Both the position numbers and the translations under genes were made by a program. Of a stretch of 64,000 nt of DNA, positions 41,259-51,478 are shown piece after piece (the stretch's first letter is position 1; every line of letters begins with the position of its first letter). A model generated the notes under the pieces. It was given only the letters and a program-made list of their open reading frames with translations, made no database searches and was not told where the DNA came from. The stretch spans positions 32,001-96,000 of the forward strand of contig JAXGNR010000006.1 of NCBI GenBank assembly GCA_040767965.1, given 5' to 3'. The stretch is from Atribacterota bacterium (lineage in GTDB: Bacteria > Atribacterota > Phoenicimicrobiia > Phoenicimicrobiales > Stramentimicrobiaceae).

Positions 41259-41340
41259 AAGGCTTAATAATGATATAATTCTAAAAATCTATAATTTCTT
41301 TTGGAAGAAACTATAGAAAAAAGGAGAAAATAGCTTATAA

Positions 41341-43770
41341 ATGAAAAAGAATAAATATATTTGCATTCACGGGCACTTTTATCAACCTCCAAGGGAAAAT
41401 CCCTGGCTTGAAGATATCGAACTGCAGGACTCAGCTTACCCCTTCCATGACTGGAATGAAAGAATATCAGAGGAGTGTTACAAAACGAATACTGCCTCTC
41501 GTATTCTGGATAAGGAGGGCGATATAGTTAGAATCATCAATAATTATACCAGTATCAGTTTTAATTTTGGCCCAACTTTACTCTCCTGGATGAAAAAACA
41601 TCAACCGGAAATATATCAGGCAATCCTGGATGCAGACAAAGCAAGTCAGGAAAAATTCAATGGACATGGATCAGCAATTGCCCAGGCTTATAATCATATG
41701 ATTATGCCTCTGGCCAATGAAAAAGACAAATATACGCAGGTATACTGGGGAATAAAAGATTTTCAGCATCGTTTCGGACGTTATCCGGAAGGAATGTGGC
41801 TTCCTGAAACAGCAGTAAACTATAAAACCCTGGAAACCCTGGCTGAATTAAACATCAAATATACCATTCTGGCACCTCATCAGGCAGCAAAAGTGAAAAA
41901 AATAAATGAAGATACTCAATGGCAAGAAGTAAAAGAAGCCAATATAAATTTCAGACAACCATATTTATGTAATCTGTCATCAGGTAAATCAATTAATATT
42001 TTTTTTTATAACGGAGCTCTGGCTCATGAAGTAAGTTTCGGAGGTCTATTACGTGACGGCAAAAAATTTGCCGATAAACTGTTAAGTAATTTTTCCCATG
42101 ATGAACAGAAACCTGAAATAGTGCATATAGCTACAGACGGAGAAACATTTGGGCATCATCATCGCTTTGGAGATATGGCCCTATCTTTCTGTTTAAATCA
42201 TATTGAAGAAAATAAACTGGCCAAAATCACCAATTATGGAGAATTTCTGGAACTGCATCCGCCGGTTTACGAAGTACAAATTGCTGATAATACTTCCTGG
42301 AGCTGTGTCCATGGTATTGAGCGCTGGAGAAATGACTGTGGTTGTCACACTGGCATGAATACCAATTGGCATCAAAAATGGAGAAAACCATTGCGGGAAA
42401 CCATGGACTGGTTAAGAGACAAATCAATCAGTATTTTCGAAAAAGGTGCTTCCGCCTACTTTCAAGATGTATGGCAGGCAAGAAATGAATACATAAAAAT
42501 ATTATTAAGCCGAACAGATGAAAATCTTGATAGTTTTTTCAACCAATTTACCAGTCACCCTCTTGAACATGAAGAAAAAATTAATGCATTAAAGTATCTG
42601 GAAATGCAAAGGAATGCTATGTTGATGTATACCAGCTGCGGCTGGTTTTTTGATGAAATTTCAGGAATTGAAACAACCCAGGTTATGCATTATTCAGCAC
42701 GCTGCATGCAATTAGTTAAAGAATTGTATGCTCTTGATTTGGAACCAGAATATGTAGAAAGAATAAGTCAAGCTTCCAGCAATGTTCGTAAATATGAAAA
42801 TGGGGCTAAAATATATGAAAAAATAATATACCCGGCAAAAATTGATTTATTAAGAGTTGGCGCTCATTATGCTGTTTCAACTTTATTTAACGGAAAACAA
42901 AAAAATATATATTCTTACCAGATCCTGGAAGCTGATATAAAGCGTTGTGAAAATGGACAATTAAAATTAGCCATAGGCCAAGCGATTATCAAATCTGACA
43001 TTACTATGGAACAGGACAAAATCAGCTTTGCCGTTCTTCATTTAGGAGATCATAATGTAAACGGGGGAGTGAGGCGTTATCAGGATGAACAAACTTATCA
43101 AAGCATGGTTCAAGAAATAAAAACAGGGTTCAGCCAGGCTAATGTAGTAGATATTATTCGATTAATGGATAAATATTTTGAAACTAACAGTTATTCTTTA
43201 TGGTATCTGTTCAAGGATGAACAAAGAAAAGTTATTCAGAAAATAATGCTTCCTAATAAAGAAAAAGCTGAAAGAAATATAAAACAAATATATATGGAAA
43301 ATTATTCAATAATGAATTTTTTAAAGCAATTAAATATCCCTATTCCTCAATCATTGTTAATTATTACACAACAAGCCATCAACCTTGAATTAAATAATAT
43401 TTTTCTTGAAACCTATATTGACCTGGAAAGATTGGAAAGCCTGATAGAAGAAATTCAAGGCTGGTCTATTAAATTAGATAAAAATACACTGGCATTTAAT
43501 ATTGAAAGATGGATTAATGATTCAATAGCAAATTTACAAGCTCAATATAGTAATGTTGAATATATCCAATCTATAACTGCTACTGTCAATATGCTGGAAA
43601 AATTAGAAATTGCCTTCTTCCCATGGAAAGCTCAAAATATTTACTTTCAGATGAAACAAGAATTAATCCCTGTGTTTCAGGAAAAAGTCAGTCAGAGAGA
43701 TGAAAATGCCAGTTTATGGCTGGAAGAATTCAAAAAACTGGGAGTAATGCTCAATGTAGGAGTATACTGA
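41341..43770 (+). CDS. GH57 / DUF3536 glycoside hydrolase
   Basis: HGHFYQPPRENPW, WLPETA, ATDGETFGHH, SWSC.HG and MYTSCGWFF motifs. Confidence 0.92.
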   Translation: MKKNKYICIHGHFYQPPRENPWLEDIELQDSAYPFHDWNERISEECYKTNTASRILDKEGDIVRIINNYTSISFNFGPTLLSWMKKHQPEIYQAILDADKASQEKFNGHGSAIAQAYNHMIMPLANEKDKYTQVYWGIKDFQHRFGRYPEGMWLPETAVNYKTLETLAELNIKYTILAPHQAAKVKKINEDTQWQEVKEANINFRQPYLCNLSSGKSINIFFYNGALAHEVSFGGLLRDGKKFADKLLSNFSHDEQKPEIVHIATDGETFGHHHRFGDMALSFCLNHIEENKLAKITNYGEFLELHPPVYEVQIADNTSWSCVHGIERWRNDCGCHTGMNTNWHQKWRKPLRETMDWLRDKSISIFEKGASAYFQDVWQARNEYIKILLSRTDENLDSFFNQFTSHPLEHEEKINALKYLEMQRNAMLMYTSCGWFFDEISGIETTQVMHYSARCMQLVKELYALDLEPEYVERISQASSNVRKYENGAKIYEKIIYPAKIDLLRVGAHYAVSTLFNGKQKNIYSYQILEADIKRCENGQLKLAIGQAIIKSDITMEQDKISFAVLHLGDHNVNGGVRRYQDEQTYQSMVQEIKTGFSQANVVDIIRLMDKYFETNSYSLWYLFKDEQRKVIQKIMLPNKEKAERNIKQIYMENYSIMNFLKQLNIPIPQSLLIITQQAINLELNNIFLETYIDLERLESLIEEIQGWSIKLDKNTLAFNIERWINDSIANLQAQYSNVEYIQSITATVNMLEKLEIAFFPWKAQNIYFQMKQELIPVFQEKVSQRDENASLWLEEFKKLGVMLNVGVY

Positions 43771-43883
43771 TGAAAATTCCTTTGCTGAGTTACTATTCTC
43801 AATTTAATTCTTTTATTAGATTTAAAAAAATAAAAAACTTAAAAAAACATTATTGCATTTTGGAATACAAAATTCAATATTAA
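43770..43883 (+). pseudogene. treY: N-terminal vestige of malto-oligosyltrehalose synthase
   Basis: TGATG-coupled ORF MKIPLLSYYSQFNSFIRF..., resembling the TreY N-terminus (M.IP.ATYR.QFN..F.F). Confidence 0.55.
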
Positions 43884-43899
43884 CAAAAGGGGCTTTAAA

Positions 43900-45423
43900 T
43901 TGAACAATTATCGCAGTAGCGGGGTATTATTGCATATTTCCTCTTTGCCTTCCAGGTTTGGCATCGGAGATCTGGGGCCAACAGCATATTATTTTGCAGA
44001 ACTTCTAAAGCAAAATAAACAACATTTCTGGCAAATATTGCCTTTAAATCCCACAGAATTAAAACATGGAAATTCACCTTATTACTCTTATTCAGCATTT
44101 GCAGGAAATCCGATTCTCATCAGCCCGGAGTTGCTCAATCAGGATGGGTTGCTCTCTAAAAATGATTTAGAAAACTTATATCTTCCAGAGAAAACCCATA
44201 TCAATTTTCCCGACATCTACCCTTTAAAAGAAAAAATGCTTGTTAGGGCATGTGAAATATTCATAAGAGAAAACAAATTTCAAGATGAATTTGATAGTTT
44301 TTGCCGAAAACAAGCCTTTTGGCTGGATGACTACGCTCTTTTTAAGGTGATTTATAATCAGTTTCCTGCTTTAAAATGGAATGAATGGCCAGAAGAGATA
44401 AAGAATGGCAGAAAAAAAACCCTAAAATCATTAACTATAAAAATGGAAATAGGGATTAAAAAACAGAAGATTATTCAGTTCTTATTTTACCGGCAATGGG
44501 GTAATTTTAAAAAATATTGCAGAGTAAATAAAATTAAGATAATTGGAGATATGCCTATTTATATTACCCATCACAGTGCAGATGTCTGGTCTAATCCTGA
44601 ACTATTCAAATTAGATAAAAACAGAAATCCCTCTTTTGTTGCTGGAGTGCCTCCTGATTATTTCAGCAAAACAGGACAGTTATGGGGAAACCCGGTTTAT
44701 AAGTGGCCTGCGCATCGCAAGCAGGATTTTATCTGGTGGAAAAACAGAATTAACCATAACTTATCAATGGTAGATTTTTTACGAATTGATCATTTCCGAG
44801 GATTGACAGCATATTGGGAAATTCCGGCAGTTGAAAAAAATGCAATTAAAGGAAAATGGGTACCCGGAGGTGGAATTACCTTCTTTAAAATGTTAAAAAA
44901 GAATTACCCGAATTTGCCTTTTATTGCTGAAGATTTAGGAATAATTACCGAAGATGTAGTAAAAATCATTCAAAAATTAGGACTTCCAGGGATGCGGGTA
45001 TTGCAGTTTGGTTTTGATGAAAATAATTTTCCCCATAATATCCACCTTCCTCATAATTACATAAAAAATTGTATAGTTTATACCGGGACTCATGATAATA
45101 ACACTATTCAAGGATGGATACAAAATGAATTAACTGCGATACAACAAAATTTGCTTAAAAAATATTTGGGAATAGATTTTCAGTTGAAAAATGTTCATTG
45201 GGAATTGATTAGATTGGCTCTGGCATCTGTGGCACAATTAGCAATTATGCCTGTTCAAGATATTCTCGGGTTAGGATCTGAAACCAGGATGAACTTCCCT
45301 TCTCATACCGATTGCAACTGGCAATGGCGGTTAACAAATAAAAATATGCTAAATATCAAAGAAAATGCCCTTCCAAAACTAAATAAACTAGTAAAAACTT
45401 ATGGAAGAGACAAAGTAGATTGA
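43900..45423 (+). CDS. malQ: 4-alpha-glucanotransferase (amylomaltase)
   Basis: GVLLHISSLP, GVPPDYFS.TGQLWGNP, RIDHFRG, AEDLG and GTHDN motifs. Confidence 0.96.
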   Translation: MNNYRSSGVLLHISSLPSRFGIGDLGPTAYYFAELLKQNKQHFWQILPLNPTELKHGNSPYYSYSAFAGNPILISPELLNQDGLLSKNDLENLYLPEKTHINFPDIYPLKEKMLVRACEIFIRENKFQDEFDSFCRKQAFWLDDYALFKVIYNQFPALKWNEWPEEIKNGRKKTLKSLTIKMEIGIKKQKIIQFLFYRQWGNFKKYCRVNKIKIIGDMPIYITHHSADVWSNPELFKLDKNRNPSFVAGVPPDYFSKTGQLWGNPVYKWPAHRKQDFIWWKNRINHNLSMVDFLRIDHFRGLTAYWEIPAVEKNAIKGKWVPGGGITFFKMLKKNYPNLPFIAEDLGIITEDVVKIIQKLGLPGMRVLQFGFDENNFPHNIHLPHNYIKNCIVYTGTHDNNTIQGWIQNELTAIQQNLLKKYLGIDFQLKNVHWELIRLALASVAQLAIMPVQDILGLGSETRMNFPSHTDCNWQWRLTNKNMLNIKENALPKLNKLVKTYGRDKVD

Positions 45424-45610
45424 AAATTATCTTATACTTATTGTGTCAGACTCTTTAAATTATATTAATTAAACTATAATATTTGATTTACGATAATAGG
45501 TATCAAAGAGAAGATAGTAGTAGAAATATTTTAAGATATTTTGATATCATACATATTTATGGAATATTGAATAAAAAATACTTTAAAATGCCTTAGAAAG
45601 CTGTGGTAAA

Positions 45611-46357
45611 ATGAAAAATTTATTAGAAATTAAAGACTTATCTCTATCTCTTAACGGGAAACTTATTTTAAAAAATATAAACATGGAAATCTGGCAAGGT
45701 TATGTTCATGCAATTGTAGGCCCAAATGGCGCTGGAAAATCAACTTTGGCCTCTACCATCATGGGCTTGGAAGGATATCGGCAGTATACAGGTAATATTT
45801 ATTTTAAGGGACAGAATATTAGTAATCTTACTATCGATGAGCGCGCACGCCTGGGAATTACTTTTGGCTGGCAAGAACCAGCACGCTATGAAGGATTATT
45901 GATTAAAGATTTCTTGAAAGCAGCTGCGAGAGATAAAAATAGTAACTTTATATTTGAACAATTAGAAAAGTTGGGCTGAACTCCAAAGAATATGCCAATA
46001 GGGCAGTTGATAAAACTTTTAAGTGGCGGGGAAAGGAAAAAAGTTGAATTAGCTTCAATCCTGGTAATGGATCCTGATTTAGTATTGTTAGATGAACCGG
46101 ATTCCGGAATAGACGTGGAAACTCTCGACAAGATGTTTGAAGTTATTAAGGAGCAGAAAAAAAAGAAAAAAACTATTGTTCTGATTACTCATAGTCTTGC
46201 AGTACTGAAACAAGCAGATCATGCTTTTATGCTTTGTAATGGAGTAATATTACAAAAAGATAAAGTGGCTAACATAATCCCTTATTTTAAAAATAAATGT
46301 ATTCCCTGTGAACATAAAAATATTCCAAGTCCCAGTTATGAAGGAGTTACAGCTTGA
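45611..46357 (+). pseudogene. sufC: SufC-like ABC ATPase (SmsC type) with two compensating indels
   Basis: GPNGAGKS, QEP, LSGGERK, LDEPDSGID and C-terminal CIPC. The alternate frame over ~45970-46020 reads GLNSKEYANRAVDKT. Confidence 0.85.
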
Positions 46358-47287
46358 ATAATACAATTCTTACAAAACAACTTTCCCATGCAACAGATAC
46401 CGAAGATATCTTTAGCAGATCTGATATTGCTCACATCTTTATTCATCATCATAAAGTAATCCAATCTCATTTATTACCTGGATTAAAAGTTGATGTTAAA
46501 GAACTTGGAGACCATATAGAAATAAAAACCATTGTAGAAAAAAATGTACAAATTGAAAAACCAGTCCATATGTGCTTTGGTATGATTCCGGAAAATGGAA
46601 TCCAAAAAATGGTAATAAATACAGAAATACAGGAAAACGCTTCAGCCTCCTTCCTTGCACATTGCGCTTTCCCAAATGCAGTTGACATTCAACATATCAT
46701 GGATGGCAATATCAGAATAGGCAAAAATGCCTCTTTTAAATATCTGGAAAAACATACTCACGGACTCCATGGAGGAGTGAAGGTTTACCCTCATGCTACT
46801 ATTTTTCTTGATTATAATGCCCATTATTATTCCGAGTTTGAATTACTTAAAGGAGCGGGCAGGTGTTATTGATATTAATTACGAAGCAACATGTGAAGCA
46901 GGAAGTGTCTTAGAAATGATATCAAGAATTAGCGGTAAAGAAAACGATCTTATAAATATTAAAGAAATTGGCCACCTGATTGGTGAAAAAGCTCGTGGAT
47001 TGCTAATTTCAAAAGTAGCAGCCACCGGAAATACAAAGGTAGAAGTTTATAATAAACTAACAGCTTCTGCTGCTTATGCCAGAGGACATGTAGACTGCAC
47101 GGAAATAATTAAAGATAATGGTATAGTTAGTGCAATCCCTGTTGTTGAGGTAAGCCATCCAAAAGCACATATAACACATGAAGCAGCTTTGGGCAGTGTT
47201 GATTCCAAACAATTACAAACCTTAATGGCAAGAGGTTTAGATGAAAATATGGCTACTGATCTGATTATTCAAGGTTTATTAAGTTAA
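46354..47287 (+). pseudogene. sufB: SufB/SufD-like Fe-S scaffold (SmsB type), one frameshift near 46855
   Basis: PVHMCFG, AHCAFPNA, ARGHVDCTE, THEAALGSVD and LMARGL motifs. Confidence 0.88.
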
Positions 47288-47327
47288 CTTTATTAAATAG
47301 ATTGTATTTTCGTTAGGAGTGTTTTAA

Positions 47328-47882
47328 ATGAAAAATAAGAATACATTCCTGGGAATAGCATTAATAATCATTGGAATTGCCTGGACTTTGTCTAATTTAT
47401 ATATTATTAATGGACATTGGGTACTCCCTTTTATTGGTATTATACTCCTCATAATTTATCAATATCGAGGAGGAACACAACAAAAAGAGACAATAGGGTT
47501 TTTGATTGCCGGATGTATCATATTTATGATAGGTATTTTCGCAGCTATCAATGATCTTTTTTACCTGGGATTCCTGGAAGGTCCCCTCTTCTTCTTTTTT
47601 CTTGGAGCTGCTTTCTTACCGGTTTATGCCTTGCACACTCGTCATTTTCCCCAAAAAGAATCAGGAAAACATAATTGGCCTATTTATACCGGATTTATTC
47701 TAATAGCTTTTGGCTTGTTTATTCTTCTAGTTGAAACATTTAAAATACCGGAAGTACAAAATTTATCGCTACTCTGGCCTGTAGTCTTGATTCTGCTGGG
47801 TTTATATATTATATTTGGAAAAGTAAAGAAAAATAAAATTTGTTATTATTGTTGTCATAATCTAAACCACTACTTTGAATAA
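47328..47882 (+). CDS. Membrane protein (LiaF/DUF5668-like TM repeats)
   Basis: GIALIIIG...WPVVLILLG hydrophobic repeats. Confidence 0.6.
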   Translation: MKNKNTFLGIALIIIGIAWTLSNLYIINGHWVLPFIGIILLIIYQYRGGTQQKETIGFLIAGCIIFMIGIFAAINDLFYLGFLEGPLFFFFLGAAFLPVYALHTRHFPQKESGKHNWPIYTGFILIAFGLFILLVETFKIPEVQNLSLLWPVVLILLGLYIIFGKVKKNKICYYCCHNLNHYFE

Positions 47883-47923
47883 ATAAATTTAATAATATAA
47901 GTTTGTAATTAGAGGGTAATAAG

Positions 47924-48184
47924 ATGAAAAAAATCTATAGGTCAAGAAAAGACAGTAAAATTGCTGGAGTATGTGGTGGGATCGCTGAATATTTTAAAGT
48001 TGACCCCACCATCATAAGGCTTTTAGCTGTACTGACAGTTTTCTTTGGAGGCGGAGGAATCGTTGCCTATATAATTGCCTGGATTATCATTCCCCTGGAG
48101 CCTTTAGAAGAAAACACTTCTAGTTTTAAAAAAACTGAAAACACAGTTGATGCTGAAATTATTGATGATGAAGAACAAAAATAA
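47924..48184 (+). CDS. pspC: PspC domain protein
   Basis: [27 protein letters not shown]. Confidence 0.93.
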   Translation: MKKIYRSRKDSKIAGVCGGIAEYFKVDPTIIRLLAVLTVFFGGGGIVAYIIAWIIIPLEPLEENTSSFKKTENTVDAEIIDDEEQK

Positions 48185-48186
48185 AC

Positions 48187-49372
48187 TTATTTATTTTTGT
48201 CTAGAACATATTGGGCCAATACTGCAATACCATACGGTAAGGCATCATCATCAAAATTAAATCTATTGCTATGACCAGGCATCACTTTATTTCCAGGAGC
48301 GGTAACACCCAGTCTCAACATAGCTGATTTAGAAACTTTTTCCATAAAGAAAGAAAAATCTTCTGAGCCCATTCTGGGAGTTGGCAATTCAACTATATAG
48401 CCCTCTCCTAAAGCTTTGTTAGCTGCATCAGTTAACTCTTTTATCGTATCAGGATGGTTTACGGTACTGGGAACACCGAAGATATAATCAAATTCATAAT
48501 TACACCCAAAAGCTTTAGAAATATTTTTAATGATTTTTTCCATTTTTGCTCCTACTTCTTCTCTCACTTTGGGATTATGACATCTTACAGTACCTTGTAA
48601 GAGTTATTTCTTCTGGAATAATATTAAAAGCAGTTCCTCCATGTATAGTACACACAGAGATTACTATACTATCAAAAGCATTTATCTGTCTGCTAACTAT
48701 TCCCTGTAAAGCAACTACTAACTGTGAGGCAGTTAAAACAACATCATTTGTTTGATGAGGTAGTGCACCATGACCTCCATTTCCGGTGATTTTAATATTG
48801 AATTTATCTCCAGAAGCATGAAATGTACCAATCCAGGTGCCTATTTTCCCTGTGTCCAAATAAGGATCTGCATGCAAAGAAACTATATTATCCACTTCCG
48901 GATTTTCTAACACTCCTGCTTCTACCATTACTTTTGCTCCAGTTAGTATTTCCTCAGCTGGTTGAAATACAAACTTTACAATACCAGAAAACTGATCCTT
49001 CATTGAACTTAACAGCTTGGCTATTCCCAACAATATGGCAGTATGTCCATCATGGCCACATGCATGCATAACACCTTTGTGAACAGATTTATAAGGAATG
49101 TCATTTATTTCCTCTATCGGGAGTGCATCTATATCTGCTCTAATTGCTGTTACCACAGGAGAACCTTTTTTATTTCCTTTTAGAACTCCTAAAACGCCAG
49201 TCTCCATATCAATAGGGACAATTTCTACTCCAAAACTTTCCAGTTCTTTTTTTATAAGTTCAGCAGTTTTATATTCTTTCATTCCAAGTTCTGGATGCTG
49301 ATGAAGTTCTCTGCGTATTTTTGTCGAATAATCCTTTAATTCTATTGCTTTTTGAAAAATATCATTTCCCAA
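48187..49372 (-). pseudogene. M20D amidohydrolase, one frameshift near 48595
   Basis: RRELHQHPE, RADIDALP, MHACGHD, FQPAEE and GSEDF motifs; TTG start after GGAGG. Confidence 0.9.
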
Positions 49373-49508
49373 TTGAAACTCCTCCAATCTTTTTTATAAA
49401 TATTTTTTATTAAATAATATATTTTTTTATTATAGCTTAATTTAGTTATTATTAAAAGAATATCTTCTTTTTATGGTTTATATGCTTTTTAAAAAAATAT
49501 ATTCCCCT

Positions 49509-51215
49509 GTTAGTGTAAAATTTACTGGGGTACTTAAAGATACTTTAAACTTGCTTACTAACATAAAAAGGTGTAGACTTACCTAAATACCCATCAAGAA
49601 GTATCCTTTAAATAAAGGAGGTAAGACTACACCTATGGATATTGATATGATAACCATAACTTTTCCCCAAGTCCGAGTAGAAATTCCAATAAAGGATCTC
49701 ACCTTTGACACTCTAGAAGACATGATCTTTGACATGATGCAAAAATTGCCCAGATGGTCTTTACCAAAGTGCTCTCTGATATTGATGACTACCTGCGCAA
49801 GAACAGAAGACGTGGAAAACTGAAAAATACCGGTAAAAGAAGCAAAACCTTCTTAACCCGTTTTGGTGATGTCTCCTTTTTCCCGCACCCGTTACCTTGA
49901 GAAGACCGGTAAAGCCCAATACCTGTTGGATGAGGCTCTTTCTACCATCAAAAACCAGCGGATCAGCCTTTCCCGTGCCATGACCGAGTGTTTACTTGCC
50001 AGCTTATCTTCCTACCCGCGGGAAGTGGTAGGCCAAACCAAGCTTTACTGGGTCATACCCGCAGCCATGAGTCTATACGCAAAAACGTACTATACAGGCT
50101 AGGCTGATCATCGAACATGAAAAAAGAGACTACAGCAGCTGGAGGAATCTGGATATTTCCGCAAAAGAAGCACCGGATGTTGTCTATACCGAAGCTGATG
50201 CCACCTATCTCAAACTACAGAAACCGGAAAAAGACAAAAAGCTGGAAGTCAAAATCGGGATCGGTTATTGTGGTAAGGAAAAATCGTTATTCCAGCGGTA
50301 ATTCCCAAAGACTGAAAGAAAAGTTCCTCTACCTGGGTACCGGCAAGAATTTTATGTATAACTTTAGCCTAAGAGCAGAAGAACTAAACATCTCCCAATC
50401 TAAAAAGCAGTACTTCAGGGCAGACGGAGACAAGTGGATCACCTCGGAATCCGTGACTACTTCCCTTCTGCCACTTATCTGCTTTGCCGTTTTCACCTGA
50501 ACAAACGCCTCGAGAGCTCTTCCGGGCAATAAGACCCAGCAGAAGCTGATCAAGAAGCTTACTTTTATCCGAGCCGGATTGATGAAGCCCTAGCCAGGAT
50601 TGACAATCTCTTGGTAGTCTCTTCTGAGCCAAAACAGAAAAAGCTTTTGGCAGACTTTACTCCTATATAGCGAACAACCGCCAGGGGATCAATCAGGCAA
50701 CTCTAAAGGACAAGGACATCGCCAAAACAGGAGCGATTGAGTCAATGTCAAACTGGCCATTGCTAACCGCTTTAAAAAGCGGGGCAGAAGCTGGAGCAAA
50801 AAGGAGCATTCTCTTTACTGAAGGTAAAAAAACCATTCAATGGCAAGTGGGGATTCCTGGTGGGGCAAAGAACCATCCTATCAAGATAACACCACTTAAA
50901 CCACCCTTATCAGCATCTTCTTTTACCAAAGAAGTTTCTTCTTCCCAGTAATCCAGGCTAAGATCCCGGCCTTGGATGGACCGAATCGGGATAAACCCTG
51001 GGTAGGTGTTTAAAGTAATACCAATTAGAGCTTGTGTAATTAAATGAAAAAATTTAAAAAAGCATATTTCGTATTTATGACTGTAAATTAAATAAAAGAA
51101 GGGTATTTGATGTGTATTAAAACTAATATAGTCTTTTCAAATCTGTAGGTAGCTCTGCCTTAAACCATAAACATTTTGGCAGTGGAAAAAGTACCTACAA
51201 GAATTTGACACAGAC
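49509..51215 (+). mobile_element. ISLre2-family (UPF0236) insertion sequence with a fragmented transposase
   Basis: 9-bp direct repeat TATTCCCCT at 49500-49508 and 51216-51224; imperfect TIRs GTTAGTGTAAAATT..GGTACTT / GTCTGTGTCAAATT..GGTACTT; higher GC; T.FG, EADA, DGDKWI, C.FH and GAIES fragments. Confidence 0.88.
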
Positions 51216-51231
51216 TATTCCCCTGAAAGAC

Positions 51232-51259
51232 TTGACATTATAATTAACAATGTTATAAT
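51232..51259 (+). promoter_or_regulatory. Consensus sigma70 promoter with extended -10
   Basis: TTGACA-16-TATAAT with TG at -15/-14. Confidence 0.8.
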
Positions 51260-51265
51260 ACTATC

Positions 51266-51354
51266 TGGTTTGATGAAAATAAACCATTAAATATTCTTTT
51301 CATTTTTATACCTCCTTTCAAACCCGCTTTGTTTTAAAACAAAGCGGGTTTTTT
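51266..51354 (+). ncRNA. Candidate ~90-nt small RNA with an anti-SD/anti-AUG segment
   Basis: Promoter, 5' hairpin TGGTTT/AAACCA, TTTTCATTTTTATACCTCCTTT, then a terminator; no sense-strand ORF. Confidence 0.6.
51320..51354 (+). terminator. Rho-independent terminator
   Basis: Perfect palindrome AAACCCGCTTTGTTTTAAAACAAAGCGGGTTT plus T tail. Confidence 0.85.
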
Positions 51355-51478
51355 AATTTCAATTAAAATCAAACGTATCTATGGAAAGTTTTTCTTAAAT
51401 TGTTGGAAATAATTTGATGATAAAAAATAAAATTATTATATGAAGATATTTTATAGGATATTCTAAAGAAAATTATTT

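Noticed and set aside
45977-45979. In-frame TGA in the sufC-like gene as possible selenocysteine
   Set aside because: The alternate frame gives the expected GLNSKEYANRAVDKT before LSGGE, so the TGA results from two compensating indels
51253-51303. Minus-strand 16-aa ORF MKRIFNGLFSSNQIVL with a perfect SD, as a type I toxin
   Set aside because: Not hydrophobic enough, sits immediately behind a strong hairpin, and has no visible minus-strand promoter; kept only as an alternative to the sRNA model
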